Notes: generated by a model not told the origin, from the sequence alone. DNA of 33,596 nucleotides from Patescibacteria group bacterium (GCA_004297215.1 SCUM01000001.1:808716-842311); one strand, 5' to 3'. Counted from the stretch's first letter, positions 22,651 through 30,625 are shown. Numbers and translations: made by a program.

Positions 22651-22679
22651 AGTGTAGGGGAGCGCACCGGGATTGTCAA
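22651..22679 (-). promoter_or_regulatory. rpsP promoter overlapping the smc stop codon
   Basis: Minus strand reads TTGACA (22679-22674, containing the smc TGA), 17-nt spacer, TACACT (22656-22651). Confidence 0.5.
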
Positions 22680-25009
22680 CGCCGTGCCGTGCCGGCGTCC
22701 GTCACCTCCTCGAGCTTCACGGAAATGAGGTTGCTGACCCCGTCGTCGCCCATGGTGACCCCGTAGAGCACGTCGGCGCGCTCCATGGTGGCGCGGTTGT
22801 GGGTGATGACGATGAATTGGGAGAGCTTGGACAGCGTCTCGAGGATGCTCGCGAAGCGGAAGGTGTTGGCCTCGTCGAGCGCGGCATCCACCTCGTCGAG
22901 CAGCACGAACGGGGCGGGGTTCACGCTCATGATGGCGCACACGAGCGCGATGGAGGTAAGCGCGCGCTCGCCGCCGGAGAGCAGGTTGAGCGCCTTGAGC
23001 TTCTTGCCCGGGGGCGTGGCCTGGATGTCCACCCCCACCACGCGGTCCTCGCGCTCCTTGAGCTTCTCCTTGATGTCGGCCTTGGCGTCCTCCTCATGCT
23101 CCACGCGCTCGGCCGCCACCGTGTCCTGGCTCACGCGGTCGGGGGTGACGCCAGACTTGGAATCTGGAATCTGGGAGCTGGAATCTTCTGCTTCCACCTC
23201 TTCGCGCGTGAGTTTCACGAGCCCGCAGGACCCGCCGCCGAACAGCACCTTGAAGTATTTCTGGAACTCCTCGTTGATGGCCCTGAACGCCTTTTCGGAC
23301 TGGCCTTTGATCTGCCGGTCGAGCTCGTCGAGCACCTTCTCGGTGGAATCCACGGCTTCCTTGAGGTCCTTCACCTGGGCGTCGAGGAACTCGAAGCGCG
23401 ACTTGGTGTCCTCGTACTCCTTCACGATCTCGGGGTCGATGCCGCCGATGAGCTCGAGCTTGTAGCGCAGGCGCTGGATCTCGGGGTAGAGCGCTTCGGT
23501 GTCTGCTGTCGCGGCCGGACGCGTGGCGCGAATCGAGCCCCCCGCATCTTTGACGGCCTCGTCCATCTCGCGCGCGAGGTTGGCGCGACGCTCCTCAAGG
23601 CGCGCGAGTTCGATCGAGAGGCCGTTGCGCTGGTTTTCGACGAGATGCACCTGCGTCTGTTTCGTGCGAAGCTCGCGTTGCAGGTCAATGAGCTCGGTAC
23701 GCACGGCGCGTTCCGATTTCGCGCTCGATTCCATCTGCCTTTCGACGTCCGCGAGTTCGCCCTCGACCGTCTTCAGGTCCTCATCGAGCTCGAACAGGCG
23801 CTTCATGTGCGCCGGGTCCGGCTTCACGTCTTCCGGCGCCGGGCGCTGAAGGCGGCCGACGAGCTTGCTCGAGCGGTCGAGCACGCGATCGATTACCACC
23901 CCAAGCTCCTCAAGCTCCTCAAGCTCTCTTATCTCCTTCACCCGCTTCAGCACCGACCGCTGATCGACCACCAATCCGTCCAATTCGGAAATGATCTTCG
24001 AAAGCGGCAGGGGAGCCCAATTGGACTGCGCGCGTACCTTGGCGAGCTCCATCTCCTTTTGCACGCCGAACGACTCGTCGCGCACCTTGCTGCGGCGTTT
24101 TTGCAATTCCTGATATTTCTTTTGGAGCGTCACGAGCCCGTCATCCGGGCCTTCCTTGGCGCGCTCTTCCTTTTCGATCTCAAGCACGCGTGCCTCAAGC
24201 TCCTTCATGCCCGCCGCCGCGGCAGCCACCTGGCCCTGCAGCGCGTCGTGTTTCTCCTTCGTGGCGCGCAGATGATCCTCAGTGTTCCACCACAAGGTGC
24301 CGTAGTAGGCGCGTTCGGCCTCGCGCAGGGCGGCCTCCACCTCGGCGCGGGCCTCGAGGCGCGATACCTGGCGCTTGAGGCTCTTGAGGCGCGGTTCGAT
24401 CTCGCCAAGGAGCATCCCGACTTCCGACAGGTTCTCGTAGGTGCGCTTGAGCTTAAGCATCGCCTCGTGGCGCTTGATCTGGAGCGGGCGCACGCCCGTG
24501 GCGTCGTCGAAGAACGCCTTGCGCTCCTCGGGGGAGGACACGAGGATGTGGTCGATCATCCCCTGACCGATCACCGAGTAGCTGCGCGTGCCCACGCCCG
24601 ACTGCGCGAGTAGGAGCTGGATGTCGGCGAGGCGTGCTGGCGCGTCGTTCAGGAGATATTCGCTCTCGCCGTCACGGTAGAGGCGCCTTGTGATCGCCAC
24701 CTCGGCGTAGTCGATGGGCATGGCGCGGTCGTGGTTGTCGAGCGTGAGGGTGACCTCGGCGAACCCCGAACGCGAACGTCCTTCCGAACCCGAAAAGATC
24801 ACGTCTTCGCCCTTCTTTCCGCGCAGGAGCTTGAGCGACTGCTCGCCCAGCACCCATCGGATGGCGTCGGCCACGTTCGATTTCCCGCTTCCGTTGGGCC
24901 CCACCACAGAGGTCACGGGGAACCTGCCGTCGGACGGAGGGAGGAAACGCAGGGTGGTCTTTACCGCGAAGGTCTTGAATCCTTGGAGGGTCAGTTCTGT
25001 CAGATGCAT
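22676..25009 (-). CDS. smc: SMC-family chromosome segregation ATPase, unusually short (777 aa), no recognisable hinge
   Basis: The N-terminal head matches canonical SMC (GFKTFA..VVGPNGSGKSNVADAIRWVLGEQS..). The C-terminal head does too (LSGGERALTSIALVCAI..LLDEVDAALDE..ITHNRATM). Start is at MHLTEL (ATG 25009). Confidence 0.85.
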   Translation of the reverse strand: MHLTELTLQGFKTFAVKTTLRFLPPSDGRFPVTSVVGPNGSGKSNVADAIRWVLGEQSLKLLRGKKGEDVIFSGSEGRSRSGFAEVTLTLDNHDRAMPIDYAEVAITRRLYRDGESEYLLNDAPARLADIQLLLAQSGVGTRSYSVIGQGMIDHILVSSPEERKAFFDDATGVRPLQIKRHEAMLKLKRTYENLSEVGMLLGEIEPRLKSLKRQVSRLEARAEVEAALREAERAYYGTLWWNTEDHLRATKEKHDALQGQVAAAAAGMKELEARVLEIEKEERAKEGPDDGLVTLQKKYQELQKRRSKVRDESFGVQKEMELAKVRAQSNWAPLPLSKIISELDGLVVDQRSVLKRVKEIRELEELEELGVVIDRVLDRSSKLVGRLQRPAPEDVKPDPAHMKRLFELDEDLKTVEGELADVERQMESSAKSERAVRTELIDLQRELRTKQTQVHLVENQRNGLSIELARLEERRANLAREMDEAVKDAGGSIRATRPAATADTEALYPEIQRLRYKLELIGGIDPEIVKEYEDTKSRFEFLDAQVKDLKEAVDSTEKVLDELDRQIKGQSEKAFRAINEEFQKYFKVLFGGGSCGLVKLTREEVEAEDSSSQIPDSKSGVTPDRVSQDTVAAERVEHEEDAKADIKEKLKEREDRVVGVDIQATPPGKKLKALNLLSGGERALTSIALVCAIMSVNPAPFVLLDEVDAALDEANTFRFASILETLSKLSQFIVITHNRATMERADVLYGVTMGDDGVSNLISVKLEEVTDAGTARR

Positions 25010-25076
25010 AACTGCGGGGAAGTATACCACCATTCGATTTCATGTTCATTTTGACCCAAGATGAGCTAAAAAATTA

Positions 25077-25097
25077 GGTATCACAATTTGTGATACC
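25077..25097. promoter_or_regulatory. 21-bp perfect palindrome (operator-like)
   Basis: GGTATCACAA-T-TTGTGATACC in an AT-rich patch, about 70 nt upstream of the smc start. Confidence 0.5.
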
Positions 25098-25260
25098 CAA
25101 TTCCGAGAAGATGGGCATGAGACGTTCACCCCTCGCCTTGTTCTCCGAACCGGAACCGTCCAAGGACGAGATTGGTTTTCGGGCGTAGGCAAATTCCGAG
25201 GGTTTCGAACCCGACGCATTCGGTCGGGTCGCCGACCTCCGAAATACCGGAGCGTCGGCG

Positions 25261-25289
25261 TTGACAAAAGCCCGTTTTCATGCTATTTT
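25261..25289 (+). promoter_or_regulatory. near-consensus promoter driving a long leader of the 267-aa orphan gene
   Basis: TTGACA, 17-nt spacer, TATTTT. The ATG lies about 170 nt downstream. Confidence 0.45.
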
Positions 25290-25464
25290 CAACCGTCGTT
25301 CCTTAGAATGGATCATCGTCGCCTGCCTGCCGGTAGGCAGGTTGATAGTGGCGTTTTGAGGCTGGATCCGGCCCCAGGACGCCACTCTCAACGGTTATAG
25401 GCATGGTCCGCGGGGCGCATGGGGCGTTCCTGCGGGCTGGTCATGAGGTGGCGCGAGGTACGAG

Positions 25465-26268
25465 ATGACGAACGTGTTTCTCAAACAGGCCGCGGAGTTC
25501 TTCGAGCGGTTCTTCCGCTTCGGGGGAACGGTCCCTATGGTGCTCAAGCTCCTTGGCGACGACGAGTCGATGGAGTGGCTGGTGAAGTCGCTCAAAGAGC
25601 GGCTCGAAGTGAACCCCTTCGAGCAGACCGTCGAGGAGCAGCTCTCGGCCATGCGTAAGCAGAATGCCGAGGGCAACTGGGGCATCTCCGAGGAGACGCT
25701 CGCCAAGCTCGCCGAGTCGGCACCGGCCTGGCCCAAGGGTCGCGATGCCTACCGCTCGTTCCGCATCCGCTTTGGTGAAGGGAATGATGGCGTGGCGCAG
25801 ACCTTCGAGGCGCATGCCGCGGCCATGAAGCGCGTGCACGGCGAGAAGTTGTGGCGGTGGGAACTGCTCCACTCCGGCAAGGTGCCGTACAAGGGCAAGG
25901 ACGTGGAGCGCCTCAAGCTCCACGCCGGCAACCACACCCACCACGCCGTGGTCGAGTGGATCATCGTGAACGACCTGTCGGCCAACCGCAAGCGCAAGGA
26001 CGTCACGTCGGTGCGCGGCCCCAAGTCCCTCGCGGACGAAGGTATCGTGCTCGCGTGGCTGTTCCCCAAACGCGTTCAGGCCATCGACTACGACACGTGG
26101 TGCGCCTGGTTCTGCGGCGGCTACGAGTCGAACGTCCCCGAGGACGGCGACGAGGAGTGGCAGGGCGTGGTGATCGTGTTCCGCGATACCGCTTCGGGCG
26201 GGGTGCTCCTGGGCGCCCGTTGGCGCGGCAACGACGACCCGGACTACTCCGTTCCTCCCCTCGGGTAG
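25465..26268 (+). CDS. hypothetical protein (267 aa), no recognisable family
   Basis: GAGG lies 6 nt upstream of the ATG. GC3-rich codons. The antisense track ORF 25441..26877 is a shadow frame. Confidence 0.7.
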   Translation: MTNVFLKQAAEFFERFFRFGGTVPMVLKLLGDDESMEWLVKSLKERLEVNPFEQTVEEQLSAMRKQNAEGNWGISEETLAKLAESAPAWPKGRDAYRSFRIRFGEGNDGVAQTFEAHAAAMKRVHGEKLWRWELLHSGKVPYKGKDVERLKLHAGNHTHHAVVEWIIVNDLSANRKRKDVTSVRGPKSLADEGIVLAWLFPKRVQAIDYDTWCAWFCGGYESNVPEDGDEEWQGVVIVFRDTASGGVLLGARWRGNDDPDYSVPPLG

Positions 26269-26372
26269 TGCTCGGGACTCGAACGCTTGGCGCTCGATGG
26301 ATCTTGGACCTTTGGTCCTTGGTCCGTCGAGTGCCTTTTCGTTTGGCGGGTGGATTTGGCGGTCGCGTACGT

Positions 26373-26405
26373 TGGGAGGTTGAACTTCCAAGGTTGAACC
26401 TCCCA
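26373..26405. repeat. palindromic repeat, copy B (inverted relative to 13474-13508)
   Basis: TGGGAGGTTGAACTTCCAAGGTTGAACCTCCCA. Its reverse complement matches copy A at nearly every position. Confidence 0.6.
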
Positions 26406-26460
26406 TGGTTAACGGGATGATTGACCGGCTTTCCTTGCCGCGGTAGAGTGTCCGATCCTT

Positions 26461-27426
26461 ATGGAAGCCTTCGTGCACCAGCGCATCCATGACACGCTCA
26501 AGGCAGCGAAGAAGCCGCTGCTCGTTTGCGACGCGCGCATTGACGGGGACAGCTTGGGGAGCGCCTTGGCCGTGGCGGACTGGCTCATGAAGGAAGGGAA
26601 ATCGCCGCGCGTGTTCGTCGTGACTCCTGTCCCGGAGAGTTATCGGTTCTTGCCGCATCTGGAGCGGACGACGAGCGACCAAAGCGTGTTCGCGGACGTG
26701 CAGCTCGACGCGATCGCGTTCTTCGACTGTTCGCGTCAGGAGTTCGCGGCGGAGCTGCTGAAGCCCGTCCCGGGGCGGCCCGCCATCATCAATATCGACC
26801 ATCATTCCACAAACCCGCGGTACGGCGACGTGAACCAGGTACTCACCGACGCGCCGGCCACGGCCGAGGTGGTGCACCGGTTCTTCAAGGAGAACGGCAT
26901 CGTCCCGAGCAAGGAAGCGGCGCTGTGCCTGCTCGCCGGCATCTACTTCGACACCACGGCGTTTTCAAACGGGGCCACGTGCGAGCGCGCGTTCCTGTCG
27001 GCGGCGGAGCTCGTGCGATGCGGAGGGAAGCCCAAGGACGTGATCCGGGCGCTCATGTACAACCGGCCCATGTCGGCGTTGCGCGCGTGGGGGACGGCGC
27101 TTGAGCGCCTCCGCGAGCTCCCGGGCACGGGCTGGGTCGTGACCCACGTCACCCTCGCGGACCTCGCCGCGCACGGCGCCACGGACGACGACCTGCAGGA
27201 GTTCTCCACCTTCCTTGCCATGATGATCGACGCGCCCACCGTGGCCGTGCTGCAGGAGGCGCCGGGCATGGTCAAAGTGAGCATGAGAAGCCACGGCAGC
27301 GACGTGTCGGCCGTTGCCAGGCGCTTTGGCGGGGGAGGGCATGTGAAAGCCGCCGGCTGCCGCATGAGCGGCGTTACCCTTGAGGAGGCGGAGGAGTGTC
27401 TAAAAACGGAAATATGTAGGATGTAG
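26461..27426 (+). CDS. nrnA: DHH/DHHA1-family phosphoesterase (NrnA-like oligoribonuclease/pAp phosphatase)
   Basis: DGDSLGS, NIDHH and C-terminal GGGHVKAAG motifs. Confidence 0.85.
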   Translation: MEAFVHQRIHDTLKAAKKPLLVCDARIDGDSLGSALAVADWLMKEGKSPRVFVVTPVPESYRFLPHLERTTSDQSVFADVQLDAIAFFDCSRQEFAAELLKPVPGRPAIINIDHHSTNPRYGDVNQVLTDAPATAEVVHRFFKENGIVPSKEAALCLLAGIYFDTTAFSNGATCERAFLSAAELVRCGGKPKDVIRALMYNRPMSALRAWGTALERLRELPGTGWVVTHVTLADLAAHGATDDDLQEFSTFLAMMIDAPTVAVLQEAPGMVKVSMRSHGSDVSAVARRFGGGGHVKAAGCRMSGVTLEEAEECLKTEICRM

Positions 27427-27476
27427 GATGTAGAATGAATCATCCTCAGTCCCATCCTTCATTCTACATCCTACAT
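27414..27476. repeat. heptamer direct repeats forming a 19-bp perfect inverted repeat between nrnA and clpP
   Basis: ATGTAGG ATGTAGG ATGTAGA ATGAA (27414-27439). The arm ATGTAGGATGTAGAATGAA (27421-27439) pairs perfectly with TTCATTCTACATCCTACAT (27458-27476). Confidence 0.8.
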
Positions 27477-27491
27477 TCTTCATAAAACCTT

Positions 27492-28091
27492 ATGGATACC
27501 CCTACCGCCAACTATCTCATCCCTACGGTCATCGAAAAGACGCACCAGGGCGAGCGCGCCTACGACATCTATTCGCGCCTCCTCAAGGACCGCATCATCT
27601 TCCTCGGCACCCAGGTGGACGACACGGTGGCGAACCTCATCATCGCCCAGCTGTTGTTTCTCGAGAGCCAGGACAAGACCAAGGACATCAAGCTGTACGT
27701 GAACTCCCCGGGCGGCTCCGTCACGGCCGGGCTCGCCATTTACGACGCCATGCAGTACGTGAAGCCGGACGTGTCCACTATCTGCGTTGGCATGGCGGCC
27801 TCGATGGGCGCGGTGCTCTTGGCCGGCGGCGCAAAGGGGAAGCGCTTCAGCCTGCCCAACTCCGAGATCATGATCCACCAGGTGCTGGGCGGGTTCCAGG
27901 GCCAAGCCACCGACATCCACATCCACGCCACCAGGATCCTCAAGATCAAGGATCGGTTGAACGAGATCCTCGCGACGCACACCGGCCAGAAGAAATCGAA
28001 GGTCCAAGAGGACACGGAGCGCGACAACTTCATGGACCCGATGGACGCGAAGAAGTACGGGCTGATCGACAAGGTGATCACGACGCTTTAG
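27492..28091 (+). CDS. clpP: ATP-dependent Clp protease proteolytic subunit
   Basis: [16 protein letters not shown] and the catalytic-Ser context GMAASMGA, plus IMIHQ. 199 aa. Confidence 0.96.
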   Translation: MDTPTANYLIPTVIEKTHQGERAYDIYSRLLKDRIIFLGTQVDDTVANLIIAQLLFLESQDKTKDIKLYVNSPGGSVTAGLAIYDAMQYVKPDVSTICVGMAASMGAVLLAGGAKGKRFSLPNSEIMIHQVLGGFQGQATDIHIHATRILKIKDRLNEILATHTGQKKSKVQEDTERDNFMDPMDAKKYGLIDKVITTL

Positions 28092-28127
28092 CCGGTCCTG
28101 ACAGCCAAAATCAATGCTTTTCTAAGA

Positions 28128-28158
28128 AAACACACAGGCCCTGGCCTGTGTGTTTGTT
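28128..28158 (+). terminator. rho-independent terminator after clpP
   Basis: AAACACACAGGCC-CT-GGCCTGTGTGTTT followed by GTT. Confidence 0.65.
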
Positions 28159-28186
28159 CGGGATAACATCGGGATGGTGCAGGACG

Positions 28187-28215
28187 TTGACAAATATCCG
28201 TGTCACCCGTAAAGT
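28187..28215 (+). promoter_or_regulatory. near-consensus orphan promoter
   Basis: TTGACA (28187-28192), 17-nt spacer, TAAAGT (28210-28215). No CDS follows on this strand. Confidence 0.5.
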
Positions 28216-28221
28216 AGCGAG

Positions 28222-28529
28222 TCAATCGTTCCTTCTCTTTGCAACCTTCCCCCGTCAGTGACGATAGGGGATAGAGAACCCGCCTTCGCCAAAGGCTACG
28301 GCGGGCAAACAAAAAGGCCCGTTGCAATCAGTGACCTGCAGGCACGACAAGCATGGGATTTCATTTCGTGGGTGTTCTGGCTAACGCTCGACCACCCCAC
28401 GACTGAAATTTCTTGCCTGCAGTTCACTCGTTACAACGGCCTTTTGCATTCCCGGGGTATCTCGGGAGTTCCTTCGCCGCTGATGCGTCTCAGGATGACC
28501 AGACCCTCTGCGGGTATGGTCATTTTTTG
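28222..28529 (+). ncRNA. candidate novel structured ncRNA (about 300 nt), class unknown
   Basis: Bounded by the promoter above and an intrinsic terminator (ATGACCAGACCC-TCTGC-GGGTATGGTCAT plus T6, 28495-28528). Contains a 138-nt extended imperfect hairpin at 28309-28446. Only one ORF is present, and it is atypical and spans the terminator. Confidence 0.4.
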
Positions 28530-28690
28530 TTTGTGTGCGTTGGATGCCATGTGCAGGAGCGTTGCCGGAGAAGCGACGCCGCTGACAGGTCATCCATGAT
28601 GATACGCCTTCTGTTTCATGCGACAAGCGAGAGATGTGGATAAGCGTGTTTCGGAAGTGCGGAACGTATGGAGACACGGAATAGATGGAA

Positions 28691-30625
28691 TCACGGAGTG
28701 ACGGTCGGCGGAGCGGTGACCGCGCCTCCCGCGTCGATGGCCCCCGTCGGCGCCTCGACGCTCGATGCGCCGGTGCCCACGAGACAGATTTTCGGGAGCG
28801 GACGATAGTGCGAGGCGAACTCGGTCTGTTCTTCCGTCCCGTCGGGACGCGCGATCGTATACAGGAAGGTGGTATCGGCGCCGTTGTGCGGGGACTGGCA
28901 TTGCTGCTCTCCGGCGGGGAGGCTTTCGGTCGGGGTGTCCACCTGGTCGCCGAACGGGATCCATCGGATCACCTTGGGCGGGGTGTAGGACCCTTTCCGG
29001 CCGTCGGAGGTTCCCCAGAAGTGGAAGTCGAGCGTCTGTTTCGTCTCGTCCATGAATGCCTGGAACAGGACGTAATGGCCCGTGTCATTCGTGAACTTCA
29101 GGTCCGGCGCCGGTTCGTAAATGGTGGCGTCCGTCCCAGGATTGCCGTTGCTCGGATCGCCGTAATAGGAGATCACGAGGCTGTGGTTGCGTCGCTCCAC
29201 CACGGGGAGGCCGGAATTCATGATCGTTCGGAACGTGGTGGTGCCGATCTGGCACAGCCCGCCGCCGAGCTCGGGCGTGATCTTGTCCCCCTTGATGACC
29301 AGTTCGGCGAGATAGCCGTTCGCGGCATCGAACGGCTTGAGCGCGTTGATGAGCGAGAAGGTCTCATCGGGCGCGATGAGCAGGCCGTTCAGGAGCTTCA
29401 CCCCGTTCTTGATGTTCTTGATGCGGTTCTTCGGGCTCCCTTTGAAGCTTGATGTCCCCGTGCCGAGTTCCGCGACGATGCCCAGGTCGTCGCCTTGAGA
29501 GGTTTGGACGCTCGGCTCGGTATCGATGAGAACGATCGAGGTCTCTCGTCCCTCCTCGAACACCCCGACGCTGGCATCGTTAAGGTCGCTCTCGAACCGT
29601 TCCTGTGTCAGACGCCTGTCGATGGCGCGTCCGGCTTGGCTCGTCGCGAATTCGGAGACTTTGCCGTCCACGATCTGGAACCGGGCGTTGCGCGCCGGTA
29701 TCTCCACGACCTTCGCGAGCTCATCGAGCTCCTTGCCGAACGCTTCCTCATCCACCCCAAGGAAGACATATCCGTCCTGCAACCTCGGGACGAGCATGCG
29801 GGAGAGCTTCGCGGCGTTCATGCTCCAGATGACGGGATGTTCCTCCGTCCCTTGTTCCGCATCCTCCAGCTTAAAGGGGAAGGGAGCGCGCGCGAGGGCG
29901 TTTTCCGCCTGTTCGAGCCGCATGCGGACCGCTTCGGCTTCGATCGTGGGCCGCATGGCGGTCATGGAAAGGCGGACCGGGGCCGGGGAGAGCGAACGGA
30001 GGGCTTCGGTGAGACGGGGGACGAACGTATCGAAGTCGAACGTGCGGCCGACGGCGCCCTCCACGACGTCCGCCTGCCAGCCGTCGCGCTCTTCCGTGAA
30101 TGAGAACGAAGCTTCCTTGAACGGGATTTCCAGGTCCGGGAAGGCGGCGCGGACGTTCGTCTCCACGTTCTCACGGGTGAGGGCGACCGGAACGTCGATC
30201 CGTCGCATGGGCCCGAACAGTCGCGCGCGCATGAGCAGCAGCACGTCGAGCGCCGGGGACTCGGAGCGGCCGTAGGCGAGCGCCGCCTCGGCGCCCGCGC
30301 TCACGTCAAACGTCACGTCCTCGGTGGTGTCCCCGCTCATGAAGGTGATGAGCGGGATGACGGCATGCCTGCCATCAAGGTCGATGGGAACGCCTTCTGC
30401 CAGGCGTCGGTCGACGGCGCGTTGCACCGCCTCGACCGCTTCTTCGCGCGTGAGACCGCCCACGGGCACGCTGCCGATGCTCACCCGCGGGGCGATGCGG
30501 CCGTCGTACGACTGCGCCCACACGGCCGACGTGACGACGGCGGCGCCGAGGGCGAGCAGGAAGGACACGACGGCCGCCGCGGTCGTCGTCCGCCAAAAGA
30601 ACAGTTTCTTCAGCGCATCCTTCAC
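28691..30625 (-). CDS. VanW-domain protein with N-terminal membrane anchor
   Basis: VanW block LIAPDETFSL..GYL..GGGLCQIGTTTFR..GLPVVERRNHS. The GTG at 30625 overlaps the hsp20 stop (GTGA) and is followed by the TM segment AAAVVSFLLALGAAVV. The track ORF extends further into hsp20. Confidence 0.85.
   Translation of the reverse strand: MKDALKKLFFWRTTTAAAVVSFLLALGAAVVTSAVWAQSYDGRIAPRVSIGSVPVGGLTREEAVEAVQRAVDRRLAEGVPIDLDGRHAVIPLITFMSGDTTEDVTFDVSAGAEAALAYGRSESPALDVLLLMRARLFGPMRRIDVPVALTRENVETNVRAAFPDLEIPFKEASFSFTEERDGWQADVVEGAVGRTFDFDTFVPRLTEALRSLSPAPVRLSMTAMRPTIEAEAVRMRLEQAENALARAPFPFKLEDAEQGTEEHPVIWSMNAAKLSRMLVPRLQDGYVFLGVDEEAFGKELDELAKVVEIPARNARFQIVDGKVSEFATSQAGRAIDRRLTQERFESDLNDASVGVFEEGRETSIVLIDTEPSVQTSQGDDLGIVAELGTGTSSFKGSPKNRIKNIKNGVKLLNGLLIAPDETFSLINALKPFDAANGYLAELVIKGDKITPELGGGLCQIGTTTFRTIMNSGLPVVERRNHSLVISYYGDPSNGNPGTDATIYEPAPDLKFTNDTGHYVLFQAFMDETKQTLDFHFWGTSDGRKGSYTPPKVIRWIPFGDQVDTPTESLPAGEQQCQSPHNGADTTFLYTIARPDGTEEQTEFASHYRPLPKICLVGTGASSVEAPTGAIDAGGAVTAPPTVTP

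Noticed and set aside
22673-24613. 646-aa plus-strand ORF opposite smc, plus several nested ORFs.
   Set aside because: It is antisense to a gene with canonical SMC head motifs. The composition is typical of a GC shadow frame.
25190-25225. tRNA-like T-arm sequence GAGGGTTTCGAACCCGAC.
   Set aside because: Only 3 bp of the would-be T-stem pair on either strand, and no acceptor or anticodon arms can be drawn.
25441-26877. 478-aa minus-strand ORF spanning the orphan gene, an intergenic repeat and the start of the DHH gene.
   Set aside because: It crosses an intergenic palindromic repeat and two well-supported plus-strand genes. It has no SD and its composition is a shadow frame.
28222-28529. Identification of the candidate ncRNA as RNase P RNA, tmRNA, SRP RNA or a riboswitch.
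   Set aside because: There is no GGAAAGTCCGGGC or ACAGAACCCGGCTTA pair in the right order; only a loose AGAACCCGCCTT lies near the 5' end. There are no tRNA-like termini or tag ORF, and no SRP domain IV loops. There is no downstream same-strand gene for a riboswitch. The class is left unknown.
28258-28599. 113-aa ORF inside the candidate ncRNA region.
   Set aside because: It reads through a strong intrinsic terminator and has no SD. It uses codons that are rare for this genome, and the product is Cys/Trp-rich and does not look like a protein.
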